Below are positions 1 to 12,532 of a stretch of 64,000 nt of DNA, in pieces. Within the stretch, counting starts at the first letter, position 1. The number at the start of each line of letters is the position of its first letter. Under the pieces are notes generated by a model. The model did not search any database, was not told the DNA's origin, and worked only from the letters and a program-made list of their open reading frames with translations. Source of the DNA: Phoronis australis (taxonomy: Eukaryota > Animalia > Phoronida); the NCBI GenBank assembly GCA_002633005.1, contig NMRA01000014.1:672955-736954 (forward strand), read 5' to 3'. The position numbers and the translations under genes are program-made.

Positions 1-129
1 TATATCCAAGGCAAAGCCTAATAATGCGATGGGTATTGACCATACCCCCAATGAATTTCTTAAACACCCCACGGCAGTGGTGATCTATATGAAACATTTC
101 AAACTATTTTGTTTCACGTTGAATTCCAA

Positions 130-1680
130 TGTAATATTTTCCTATTCCAAAAATTTGCACAAGGGTCCTCGTGTTCCATTAATTTACAGGGAAATCAATC
201 TACTTCACTGTGTCTATGAAATTTATAGTGGTTTTTTGACTGGTAGGATACTCTAATCTCTTATGTTGAAACGTATATTCTGCTTGCTGAGGAGCAAACA
301 CGTTTTCGACAATTTAGTTCATGCATCGACCATGCTTTTTCATTGGAGTCTAGCTACATGTATAATACAAAACAGAAAATTAAAGAAAATCTTCGTGCAT
401 CTGTAACATTTAGTGATACGGATATGGCATTCGACCCTGGAGATAGTAATTGATCATTCTATAAACGTTTATTAAATAAAATCGATGGTCACATACGTAC
501 AGTGTATGGTATAATGCCATAAAATCTATTTATTCCGACCCTGTGGCTCATGGAGATTTTTAGAAATTGTTCTAATGATTGGTTCCCAAGAAGTTTTGCT
601 GTATATGCCACTGTGATCCGCTACCACCAGGGCCCGGTCTCCAATCTCCGTACTCAGACTCATACTCATACTCGAGATTTCNGGATCCCTATAAAATATA
701 ATGCAATTAGTTCCTTGTTGTATGCTGACGACATTGGCTTACTACTTTCACACAATCGCGAAATTCAGGTCATATTGGATCATCTGCATAGTGCATACAT
801 GTACTTGGTGTAAGTAATGGAGGATGCAGCTAAGTATGAGTATAACTGAAGTGCATTTTCGTAAGCCCGGGTGGAAATAACCAAATCCGACTTCAATTAT
901 TCAAATAACTCGGTCACTTTTGTATGTCAGTATTAACATTTAGTGAGTGTTCTTTTCGATGAACGTTTGTAATTTAAAAAGCTGCTGTCGCACTCGCAGC
1001 ATCAGGTGGTCGTACAGTTGCTGCTTGAGTCTCTAAATTCAAGATCATGCGTGACGTTGTGTCCAAGACATACACCAAATTATCAGATACGTGTATAGCC
1101 CCGATAGTTAATTATTGTGCGGGTGTTTGGTAAGCAGGGCTTTTTCCTCAATGTTGTTCAACCCAAAATCGTACGATTGTTTACTTTCTTGGGATTCACA
1201 ATTGTATTCCAATCGCAGAGAAAAAGGGGGATATGGGGTGGATACCTAGTACATTTCGCCAGGAATTGCAATAATGGAATAGTCTTACAGTACTTGCTTG
1301 TCTGATAACCTCATCACAAAACAAGTGAATTACTGGGATCTCATGTGCAGAGAGGACAGTTGGTCAAAAGTTGTTTTTCAAATTTTGCTGGGATTGAAGC
1401 ATTCATTCTGTCACCTTGTGTTCTAAAAAATCCGAAAGTGAAACTGGTGGATCCTTTGGAGTCTGAATGGAGGGCTGAAATTTTTAGCAAACCCTAGTTT
1501 AGAAGGTATTAATTCTTCAAAATTAACTACTAAACAAAATTTTATTAGAAAATTCGCATTTTTAGATCAAAGAAGTTCCTGCTTTTTTCAATTTAAATGT
1601 AGAGGCTTATTGGTGAAACAAGAGACTGGCATTTTTAGTATTTTGCAACTGTTCAGGATCGTCTGTCTGATTCCTGTAGT
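130..1680 (+). mobile_element. Decayed non-LTR retrotransposon (LINE) reverse transcriptase remnant
   Basis: Frameshifted RT motifs appear in the canonical order: IYREINLLHCVYEIYSGFL (~180-240, like NYRGISLLS), LLAEEQTRFRQFSSCIDHAFSL (~281-345, like EQNGFR..RSC.DH) and LLYADDIGLL (~715-745). Many stops. Confidence 0.8.
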
Positions 1681-2526
1681 CACCACATACCCATGTTAAA
1701 AGGATGAAATGCATTTTCTCACATGAACTTGAATGTGTTACGACACGAGTGGTTGATAACAGCGAGTATTGTTTTGATATTACACGGGCGAATCACGAAG
1801 TAGTGCAAAGTAAACATGCACACTCTTACATACTATCGTCTGGCAAAAACAAAGACCGAGAATCAAACATTGCAGGAATTCAACGTAGGTGACAAGGTTA
1901 TGACTGACAAATCGGGTGTATGTACATGTACTCCCAATCGAAAGAACATACAGCACACATCACGAATTTTTGGCCGACCGGTCGGAAATTGGTTGACGAC
2001 CGGCCGTCGACCGGTCGTCTAGCCGACCAGCAGCCGACCAACAACGGTCGGCTAGGAGCCGTCTGCTGAGTCGCCTCTGTGGTCGGCACTTGGGTAGGCT
2101 AAATGGTCGCCTAGCGTAGACGACCAATTCGGATTAAGCGTGTCCTTGGTCGGCAATTACCATTTTATGACTTAGCGGGTGAACTTTGGCCAAACAAACA
2201 TTGAACAGTTCGCTGTTCGTTCAGCAGCGGCAACTCCGGTCTTGACATCGGTTTATCAACTTATGTTCAACTATTGAAAGGTGTTAAAATCGACTCAACC
2301 TACAAATATGTGACATTACACCAACGTAAATTTTATGTTGAATTACTGACGGCGTGATAAAATCAAACGTTAAGTGATACCGCGGAAGCATAATTTCTGT
2401 CTCTTAGTATGATACTTTTTATACAGTATATTATGCATAAAAACAAGAAAGAAATTTGAAATTTTACAGTAAAATTGCCAAATTTCAGAATACAACGCTG
2501 GCTGTTTTACGACCTCAAGTGTTATC

Positions 2527-3459
2527 TGTAACATTTTTGATGAAAAATGTTAGAATTATGTAACGATTTATTATAAATCGATGATTAAATTTATGAACAA
2601 ATGTGTTAATTAACATCAGTTAACTATTTTGAAAGTCACAAATATTTTAGAACAGGACTTGTTATTGTAAACAACTTGTTGTGATAAACTGTAGTATTGC
2701 GCAATTTCTTCAGAAAAGCTTTAGTTCTGTTAAGTTCTCAGTGCAGTTCTGACAAACAGGATATGGTCATCAAAACATGTTTTGGAGTGGTCAACTTTAG
2801 GTGGGTTGATTCTAAGAAACACCCACACTGATGTACTTATGCCTTGACCAGTGTCCATGTGATGTTTAGTCATATTTTAGAGTATAAATATTTCTGGAGC
2901 AAACAGAAGCGTCATTCTCAAAAGAAAGTTAGGAGACAAGGAAGCTCAGTAACTTTGGAGAACCAAGTATTTTAGGCAGATCACCGAGTCTGTAGAGTTT
3001 CAAGGAGTGTGTTCAGTCATTGACAAGGATCATACTGATACACAAAACAAGAATTGGATGTTCATGCGTGGATAAGATCAAAGGGAGCAATTTCTGTAAG
3101 TCTCATTAGAGTTTATGAACTATGAAATGTTCTAAGATATAATACGTTTTAAGGTAAATGTTGGTTTAGTAAAATGTGATTTAAAGTTCATATACCGATT
3201 CACTTAGATTTGAGTAATTTTGACTTGTTTCTTAGAGTGACTATTGTTAACAGTTTAATTTAGATTCGGTTTTATATAATATTGTCATGTATTTAGAGTA
3301 TTTTGTGTATTTTCATAGATTTACAGTTCTCACACGGTTCTCACATAGTTCTCACACGGATCTCACAAGGATTCACTGAGGTTCCAAGTGGAATTAGTAA
3401 ATAAAATCATCTCGTCAAACTCAGACTTTGATTTTGTCTGTCCAACGCAGAACATTACA
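2527..3459 (+). mobile_element. Solo LTR inserted in family T copy A
   Basis: Starts TGTAAC and ends ATTACA (TG..CA with a short inverted end). Perfect 5-bp TSD TTATC at 2522-2526 and 3460-3464. Absent from copy B, which reads CAAGTGTTTTCATGCCGC. AATAAA near 3399. Confidence 0.85.
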
Positions 3460-4330
3460 TTATCATGCCGCGGAATGCTTAACAAGCAGCACTTATTCGC
3501 GCTCATCTGTTATTGCTCTTGATCATCACTTCATCACGCTGTATAATGCGCTTCACCACAGATAATTTTTGTTTATTTTTGTATAATTTCTTAATATGTT
3601 AGTACAGCATTAGAACAACAGTTAATTTTAAGAACAACATAAACAATGGTTTTAACATAGCGCTGACTCGGAGATTAAGATCATGGGCGCATGAAAACGG
3701 AAGAATGCGATCGCTTATATTTTCATCCATGATCCATCATTATCTTGAATTTGTTGTCACATTTGGAGTAAAAAATTGTTTCGAAGCTCGAACCTTCCTA
3801 TCTAGCCAGCTAGCTCTAAGAAGACTATAGTCAAAATACAACAAGATGCCACTGTGTAGTGAGCACTCAGACATACATCGAAATTGCACACAGCCCGAAT
3901 AGTTACGCTCATCACCTCGCCGTGAAGCTTGCATCAACATGAGCTAATAACCGGCGGGGTTGCATGCAAAATCACTTAACATTCACCTTGGCCTTTACTG
4001 CCGTTTAAGCGAAAAATATCCGACGTCATTTCCGTGCGTAATTCTCTGCATTGGTAACGAAGAATGTATGTCGTCGTTTTGAAAGTAGTACATTCGTGAC
4101 ACGCGCCACTTTCAGAAGTTTTTCGACATCTCCCATTAGATGATGACAACATCGTAGCAAAACTTGTTCTAAAATTCGGTTTACAGATATCAAATTCCAT
4201 AAACACATAATGAAAGGAAACCAATTCTGATCATTTGTTGTGACGTTTACGCAACCTCGAGGGAGAACGTTTGATTGAAGAATCTGGGAAAAAGAAACTG
4301 GCTAATAAGTGACGCAATATTTCATTGCGC

Positions 4331-4578
4331 NNNNNNNNNNNNNNNNNNNNNNNNNNNNNNNNNNNNNNNNNNNNNNNNNNNNNNNNNNNNNNNNNNNNNN
4401 NNNNNNNNNNNNNNNNNNNNNNNNNNNNNNNNNNNNNNNNNNNNNNNNNNNNNNNNNNNNNNNNNNNNNNNNNNNNNNNNNNNNNNNNNNNNNNNNNNNN
4501 NNNNNNNNNNNNNNNNNNNNNNNNNNNNNNNNNNNNNNNNNNNNNNNNNNNNNNNNNNNNNNNNNNNNNNNNNNNNNN
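4331..4578. other. Assembly gap (N run)
   Basis: Run of N within family T copy A. Confidence 1.
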
Positions 4579-7180
4579 TTGGTTGTAGCCTCAACAGTGG
4601 CTATTCCGTGTTTGATGTCACTGTCCAAGTTCGTGGAAATCGTAACCCTATGATGAAGTTAGAGTCATCGAAGTCCGTGGGCTTAGGGCATTCTGGACCG
4701 TGAAGTTTGCTTCTGTACGGCAAGGGTTAATCATATGAAAATAAAAACCCCGGAATGAGAGCTCTTCGCGGCGTAACAACTCAATCACTATCCCATCATC
4801 ATGAGTACCGTGGAGAATTTTAAAAACGCAAAAAGATGCAGTACTGCGTATCACAAAAAAAAACAATTGTGGGCGAAGAGTGTCAAAAATAGCTGCGTTT
4901 ACAAAATGACTACAGAGTTGTATTGACCAGGAAGCAGCCAATCTAATGCAGCTTGTTAACGTCACGATTGAAATTAAAGAAAACATTCACGTCTTTTGAC
5001 CAAAACTTGTAGCACTGTCCATAATCCAATAATATTACCGCTGGCCTTCAACCTTGGAATTATTGGTGTTACACAACCGATGTAAACTCATGCAACGGAG
5101 ACAGTGGAACTAGGTTAATTTATTTGACCCTGTGCTAAGACGAATAGGCATCGACACGCAAATTGGTATCAGCCTGACAACCTATTACGCAACTGCTACT
5201 GTAGCCTAAAAATAGCAGCCGACCAGTTGGTCGGCTGATGGCCGGTCAGCTGAAGGGTCAGCTGGGGAGTCGCCTGATGAGTCGGCACTGCGGGCGGCTG
5301 CCGGTCGGCTAATTTTTAGCCGACCGGTCGTCCGTCGACCAATTTCCGACCGGTCGGCCAAAAATTCGTGATGTGTGCTGTACGTGTACAAATAACTTTT
5401 TAAATGGACATCTAGAACATCCAATCAGTGAAAAATTACTCTATCCTCAATTATTTTCAGCACCGTATCATTTCTAATATTTTAACCTCCACTTCTCTAG
5501 GCTGATCTCCAAAGAGGGTTATTTGCAAAAAGTCACTTTTGCCTGGCCCTCCTTAGGTGAGCTAGGTATTCAAAATCAGAATGTTTTCTAGATGACTTCC
5601 TTCACTGTGAGTAAATAAGTTGTCAGCTTTCTATATAACTCACTTCCCAGGGAAAAACGTTGTTGTTTAAAATTCAGTTAATAGTGATTCAGAAGGTATA
5701 GCTGTGATGTTTTTTTTCTGTCAGCATTGCATTGAATTCTGTGTGTTCTAATTGGAAATGGTGACTACTGTAAAAGTCCAAGTTGTGACTGTGTAGCAAT
5801 TGCTACGGGTCACTAAAATTAATGACTATTGATTGATTGAAACATACTAAATGTATCTTTTACGTACCTGGGGTATTTTCTTAGCCTCACCATACAAGTA
5901 GCATGTAAACGGCATCTGTGCTACTAGTATAACAGGAGTACTCCTAATGGCTGCGTTCTTCTGGTGAAATATTTTATAATGTGATCGGAGCCATCACTAT
6001 GAGGACAGCCGCAGGCCCACACAGCCAATCATTGTAATTGACGTATCGCAAGCTTTACCCCCTTTACAAAAAGTCACGTGACACCCGACAAAAAACAAAC
6101 AAGATGTTAGAGGCAAATGCACAGTGGCTAAACGACATCCCTGGTGGAATCGATGAGTGTTTTTGAACTATCCGAAAACGCTTCGACAAAGACATTAAGC
6201 GATGCATTTAAGCAGAGAATCCTACGTCCATAACGTGGGAATTTGAAGAGATTGCGATAAAAAAAAAATGTTCGAAGAAAAGTGTTTCGGTGCCAGCGAA
6301 AACCTGAAGAACCCCACACGTGGTTCAACTTCAACTGACAAATGACAAGGCCACAGATGTGATATGTTAATGTAGAGCTGGGTGTGTACTTAAAAGTCTA
6401 ATTATTTGTACGATGGCGTATATGTCAGCATCTTTCGAAAAAAAATCAGTGAAGATTCAGCGATATCTATATTCTGTCGTCTGCCAAAATCCGCCACATA
6501 AAAAGAAGGTCACAGCTGCAAGTGGGACTCCCCGAGAAAAGTAGGTCCAGTCGATAGCACTGTCTACGCTTTTGTAATCTTCTAACAAGATATTTTGATT
6601 AAAAATTCAAGTACACAATCATCTTGTCCAAGGCAAGCAGTTAGCTCCGGTAGGTACAGGGATGTGTCCAAGTCAAATTAATGCACGTACAATATTGCAT
6701 CAATAGGGCATTTAAGTCAGCCATTCTGACGAACTTCGCATTTTTGTAGTTTCGCTGCACAAAGGTAGCTTGCAGTTACTTTTAAACGTAGCACGGTCAT
6801 TAAACTGTGGTGTGGATACAAAAAAATGACATGTCTAGTATATTGGAAAAAATGGCTATTTACAAAAATAACTCAAATTCCTGTTCAATGCTTCATAAAT
6901 CTAAATAGGTTTTAAGATACAGTTGTAAGCCTACACTATAGCCACCAAACCGAACTAGTGTGTATCTTGGAACAAATGTATTTGTGTTTAACCTTCCAGT
7001 AATCAAGCAACATTGCCAAGTACGTGGCCGTTCGCACAGTTTGATACATAGTTTAATCTTTTGGACATCACTTTTCGGCTTAGATGCCCAAAAATGGCGG
7101 GATATTCTTGTCGAGTTGCATGATGGCTGTAAGAATAAAACAGGCCATATGAACAACGTATCACCATTCTCATCTCTTAA

Positions 7181-8524
7181 AGGAGAAGCATCCTTTTTTC
7201 ATGTCATTTTCAGCAAAACTAATATTCTTTAATTATCCCAGACATATTTTTCACTTCTTTACTGCTTTTTTAATTTAATTAACTACTCGTCGTCTACTCC
7301 GGAAGTGACGATTGGGGAGGCAAGAATTTCGCGCCAATTTCTTTTCATGTAGTCTGACTGTGAGAGCAGTCGAGTGAGCCATTGTTCTACCTTGGTTGTG
7401 ATAAGTTCGGTTGTCGTTTGCTTTTGCTTACGAGTCAGTCAACATGCCACGTTGTTGCTGCGTACTGGGTTGTACTCGTTACCGTCTCACGTACAGAGGA
7501 AGAACTGTCCCACTTGCCCGACTGTCCCGCGACACACTCCCACTGGAGGGTGATCTGAGCCCCTAAACTGCTTACATCCCGCCATATGACTCCCTCGCCA
7601 CACACCTGGCACCTTCCAAATAGCTCCAATACAAGTTCACAATAAACTTATCAAACTTAGGCTCACCGATCTGTTCATTGGATGACGAACAGTCCTTTTC
7701 ACTGGGTATCGAACTTGGCCTGTATTCGTTTCCACTACTCAACATCGCTGCAGGGCTGCTTACAGGCTCTGGGCTAGAGACAACAGCACAGGGCGAATCA
7801 CTGCTGGTTCACTGAATTGAAAGCAATGGGGTACGTTCGAAGGCACGGGTGACAGTAGATGAAGTGCCTACAGTCACTGTATATAGTGGCCACAGCTCGC
7901 GAGGCTTCTCGCTTCAAAAATGCACTTCTCGGGGTTGGCGACGGGACAATGCCGGGAATCAACAGTGACGGTATGGTACCCTTCTTCAGGCGTTGTTTCG
8001 CAGGGGCCTTCATCAATTCAGCGTACATACATCTGTCATAACCTGACGGCAGAAAATGCTTGCCACATACTCGTTTTACCTCCATTGCTCTGTACGTTGC
8101 GTGGACAGGTAGCGCTGCGTTTTTCGCCTGAACGAGCTAGCCAAGTACGGCGAAGTGTGCCATCCTTCGGAAAGCGACGCAAGGTACCCCCGACAAAGCG
8201 CGTGTGAGACGATAATGAGTACATCCCGGCACGCAGCAACAGCGTGGCATGTTGACTGACTTGTAAACAAAAGCAAACGACGACCGAACTTATCACAAAC
8301 GAGGTAGAACAATGAATGACTCGAGAGCTCTCACAGTCAGACTGTACATGTATAATGAAAAGAAATTGGCCCGAAACTCTTGCCTCTCAAAACGTAACTT
8401 CCGGAGTAGAGGACGAGAAATTAATCAAATTACGAAAAGCTGTAATTAAGTGAAAAATATCTCTGGGATAATCAATGAACCTTATTTTTGCTAAAAGTGA
8501 CATGAAAAAAGGTTGCCTTTGCCT
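7181..8524 (-). mobile_element. Kolobok DNA transposon, deletion derivative
   Basis: TTAA on both sides (7177-7180, 8525-8528), AGG...CCT termini and long inverted ends. Encodes a THAP domain and a Kolobok-type CxxC...C..G...W.S segment. Homologous copy at 63188. Confidence 0.8.
7490..8250 (-). pseudogene. THAP zinc-finger / Kolobok transposase N-terminus, frameshifted and truncated
   Basis: MPRCCCVPGC (ATG at 8250), RRFPKDGTLRRTW, RVCGKHF and LKKGTIPSL (THAP C2CH plus AVPTIF box), then CQVCGEG...LGAQITLQWECVAGQSGKWDSS. Confidence 0.8.
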
Positions 8525-8945
8525 TTAATTTCTTGAGCTATAGACTAAAATAAGTTTTACACGACAACGTATGCATTGTCGGGTAAAATGACTGCTTGGA
8601 AACGCAAAAGAAGGTGAGTCAAGGATGCTGTGTTTTAATTGGTCACTTAAGCCGTAAAGTCGAAACCCTGGCGACAGGTCAATTGGTTGAGCGGCATCAC
8701 AAGAAATTAAAATTGGTAATATTACCAGCAACACACGAAAATTGAATTTACTGATACCTTTACTTGTATATTCCTTCCCTTCGGAACTTACTTGGCATTC
8801 GGTAGGTTAGTTTGACTTTCTCGGGAAAGTAGTTTTTAGTTGATGTTCTAAAGTGCCAGGATGATTTTTTTGCGTCTTTTGATGCATGCCTTACATGTGA
8901 TGATGCCGCGCATATAAATGATAATGAGATTGTGCAGTCACTTAC

Positions 8946-9125
8946 CTGTTAACGGTACAATCGCTACATCTATCCCAGTGGCTGTTCCGTTGCTTGTTTT
9001 ATGAGTCCATACAAAACTTGGAAGGGGTTTACACTTAAAAGGTGCTAAAGGACATGGAACAATCAGCTCCTTCCCAACTTCGCCACCCACAATCGGAATG
9101 TCTTCCAGAACATCAACTTCCAACT
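8946..9125 (-). CDS. Internal exon of an immunoglobulin-superfamily adhesion protein (neuroglian/L1/hemolin-like)
   Basis: Bounded by TTTTTAG| acceptor and G|GTAAGT donor, 180 bp, phase 1-1. Encodes (E)LEVDVLEDIPIVGGEVGKELIVPCPLAPFKCKPLPSFVWTHKT...TG, with the Ig B-strand Cys and C-strand Trp. Confidence 0.7.
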
Positions 9126-10413
9126 CTAAAAACAAAAGTTACCATTACATCGTTTTAATACTATTATGCTAATGAGTTTTGCCTTCAAATTCTTCAATGC
9201 TATTAGTGTTAATGTCCCTGGCCTATTCTCGCGCCATTAGGCCATGGGTGTCGGCGAGAAAAAGCGCCAATGTACGAACCACATGGTAAAAAGTCCGCCA
9301 AAAGTAGTGTACTATTTCCGATTTAGGCCAGCAAATAAATTTACTGGCTTGCCGGGTCAGTTACTCTGAAAATTTATTGGCCGGCTGCCAAGTTGTTGGC
9401 CTTGCTTTTAGCATCTTTACTCCGGTTTTCTTATTTTTCCAGCACACTAAATGCGCATAGGCTTGAAAACTTTATTTGTCATTGTATCAACTCTAGGTGA
9501 GAAGTTGTAGGTAACTGAGATATATACAAAACACGACGTAAGCTATGCTTACGGAATAAAAGTCCTGGCATGCATTGCCAATATATGTTTGCAGGACACA
9601 ATTTATCAGTACATAGAACACTAGCCCTGGAATGCCGTCTCCGATGTCGCAGCCTCTGAGTTTGCGCCGCGCGTCCGTGAGAATTGTTTGCGTTCGTTTG
9701 TTCCGCGTACTGCACGAGAGATTTTTCATTAGAAAGCCTTTATTGTTTGTTGATAATTACACAACAAGCAAACAATAATTGAATTTATGAGTAGTTATCA
9801 TTTCTCATACCTGATTGGTTTAGTAACAATTATATTCTAATTACCAAACGTGGTTGCATAATCCGAAAAGCAACGCGTAATACTATCATCAAAAGAAATG
9901 TAGCAGAGATGTTACAGTGCATGTATATAATTGGCTAGTTAAGCCACTGGGTAAATAATATCAATGATTCAAAAGATTTCTACCATACAATGTAAAAAGA
10001 CAAAAACTAAACAATACATGTATGTATTCTCACACTTGCTCTGGATAATTTAATGAGTCATTCATCCAAAATCATACATCTAAATATATTATAATTAATT
10101 GGACTTTTGATGCGTTTGATAAAATAAAAGTGAAATTTCAGAACGCAACGGTATTTATGAAAAATTCTATTAATCACTTAAAGCATCTATCCGAAATTTG
10201 AGGAGAAAGGTTTCACGATACAAAAAATGGGCAAACATCTATCACGCAGCTTTGAAGTGGACTGTGGATAGCTCATCACGTTGCTGACAGTGTTGGACTT
10301 TCCATTTAAGGTTAGAAATACACCTGCGAAATTAGTCATATCGATACATACACTACGTGTACATGTATTGCAGACTGAAATGATTTAATGAAGGATTGTC
10401 AACGGTAAAATTA

Positions 10414-10492
10414 TACACACGCAGACGCACACGCACGCACACACACACACACACTGTCACACACGCACACGCACAAACACACACAAACACAC
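10414..10492 (+). repeat. Imperfect (CA)n microsatellite
   Basis: ACACACGCAGACGCACACGCACGCACACACACACACAC... Confidence 0.9.
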
Positions 10493-10823
10493 AGCGACAA
10501 CTTCACTTAACTAAACAATTATGAGCAATTTTAGAACGTCACGTAGACACACCTATTTGTAGCGCCTAAACTTTTCACTTAGGCACGCGTAACGTCATTC
10601 CATAAAATACTGTAGCATGAGTGGAACTCCCAAGAACGTCCTATTGAAAAACTCCAGGCATGTAGTGTAATGACTGGAGCTGAAAATATTTCTGAGGCCG
10701 AACTACTTTCGCAATCCACCGAGGACTACAGGTTGGGGGCTATAAAAAATGACTAGTGCAAATGCGACCGACCACATGTCCAACGAAGTCGACGGAACGA
10801 GATCTAACCGAACACTTGCTGGG

Positions 10824-11722
10824 TCAAATCGTTATTTTAGCTTCTCGCACACGTTTGAAGGTGTATCGCAAGTTGGCAAGGTGTTCAGTCCAGGTCTTAT
10901 TATGGCACAGAATGCTTTCCACACAATGTTCTGTATTATGTGCTCCTGCCAACATATTCCTCATCATGCAGTTGAAGGTCGCTGCCGAATTTACCAGACC
11001 AAATGACATCTTTACGAACTTGTAGCAACCACCTGGTACTACAAACGATGTCTTGGGTAGTGATTCTTCGGCGACAATGAATTGCCAGTATCCTTTACTT
11101 AAATCAATCTTCGTAAATGACTGGTCTTTACAGATCTCAGCCATGATGTCATCGGGAGTGCCCATCGGGTACGAGTCAAACTTAATGATGGCGTTCAAAC
11201 GACGTAAATCGATGCAGAATCCGTTTGAACCGTCCTTCTTCTTCACTAAGACCACCGCAGAATTATAGGGAGCATCGGGTGGTTCTATGACTCCGCACCT
11301 TAACATGCTGTCAACTAAATATGTCAGAGTACTCTTCTAGCAGACTAATCACCTCCCTTCGTTGGCTAGTAGTGAGCACGTCTGATATCTTGACATATTT
11401 GTAGGTTTCCTTTTTGGTTTGTCCATCTCGACAACACCAACTTCATTTTCCCTTTCATGGCTGCGATGTCAGAATTCTGATCTGTAACATCTTTACTTGC
11501 AGCCCCACTTTGATCACGAGATACGTGCCATGGTATGTCTACATGTAGATCTTTCCACGAACCCTTACTCGGTAGTCTACATTGTATTTTGTTGAGTACC
11601 TCTGTCGCTTCATAGAGACCCCTTCACTGCAGTAGCAGCTTGTTACTGTCGGTTGGTAACAATATTAAGGCTTGGTCTCCTACTTTAAAGCGACGATCTC
11701 GTGTCTTTTTATCAAGATGGTG
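10824..11722 (-). mobile_element. Gypsy LTR retrotransposon pol remnant, Gmr1-type order (integrase upstream of RT)
   Basis: 11720-11520 encodes an integrase C-terminus, DKKTRDRRFKVGDQALILLPTDSNKLLLQ*RGLYE..VDYRVRVRGK. 11306-10824 encodes RT, GVIEPPDAPYNSAVVLVKKKDGS..FCIDLRRLN..KIDLSKGYWQ..MSFGLVNSAATF. Confidence 0.85.
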
Positions 11723-11726
11723 CTTA

Positions 11727-11800
11727 CAGCACACATCAGGAATTTTTGTCCGACCAGTCGGCTAGGAGTCGACGATCGGCCGACGATCGGCCGACGACCC
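11727..11800 (+). mobile_element. Family T terminal fragment
   Basis: TA|CAGCACACATCAGGAATTTTTGTCCGACCAGTCGG; similarity is lost after about 70 bp. Confidence 0.7.
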
Positions 11801-12532
11801 TTGCCCTTGCCAAGATCCTGTCGAGGATCTTCCACGAGATGGTTCTGTCGTACAATTTCCCCTGTTCACTGTAGCAAGTATCTATGCTTCAACTACTTTA
11901 GCTCATCTGAATTTCTTTTTGATTTAAACCCATATTCTAATATTCTAGTTATTTAGGGATTGGTTAATAAAAACCACATGATCATATCGAATCACATCGT
12001 TGGCTGTTACAGTTTGCTCTAGAATCTCAAGAGTACTTTGATCCCAGAACCCAAAGTTGTAAACACCGTTTGAAATTAGATTTTGACGTTAAAGTACGTG
12101 TCAACAAGCTTGACCTCATGATTTAAAAGTACGCAAAAAGTTTGGGTAATTTAAAATGCATCTATTCTAACTAATTACTCAATCAATATTTATTCTGACA
12201 CAAACTAAAATATCTTGTGAAAGATGCGGAGATCTAAAATATCCCTCTCGAAATGTTTCAAAACACTTCCCCCGAGGCCCCCTATTCCTGCTCTGAAGTA
12301 GGTGATGATGTGGATTATGTCACGCCACGACCCACAAAGCCGACTCCCCTTTGGGTGTCTGATCATCACAGCTGTCCCACTTGATGCCACGGCCTTAGCT
12401 CTTGATGTCCCTGCAGTTAGTGATGTCCCTCACGACGCTTCATGACGCCGCGTAGCGTTCCACCTCGTCCACCTGACCTTTTTAACTTGACGTTCGATAA
12501 TTTAATTAGGAGCTTTACGCTTTTCGTATATA

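Larger units (their letters stand above)
1951..5380 (+). mobile_element. TA-flanked TIR DNA transposon, family T copy A (non-autonomous)
   Basis: TA|CAGCACACATCACGAATTTT at 1951 and AAAATTCGTGATGTGTGCTG|TA ending 5380. Subterminal GCCGAC/GTCGGC repeats; internal sequence shared with copies at 12533, 22338 and 46550. Contains a solo LTR and an N gap. Confidence 0.9.

Noticed and set aside
1816-1950. EFNVGDKV, a possible integrase tail split by family T copy A
   Set aside because: Too short and degenerate to call.
1898-2089. Recurrent short ORFs (MPTTEATQQ..., also 12417, 46290, 46500)
   Set aside because: They are translations of the GC-rich family T terminal repeats, not genes.
4275-4703. 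ORFs of 87-142 aa
   Set aside because: Artefacts of the N run.
12205-12530. GC-richer coding-like segment next to copy B
   Set aside because: No recognisable motif in any frame I read.
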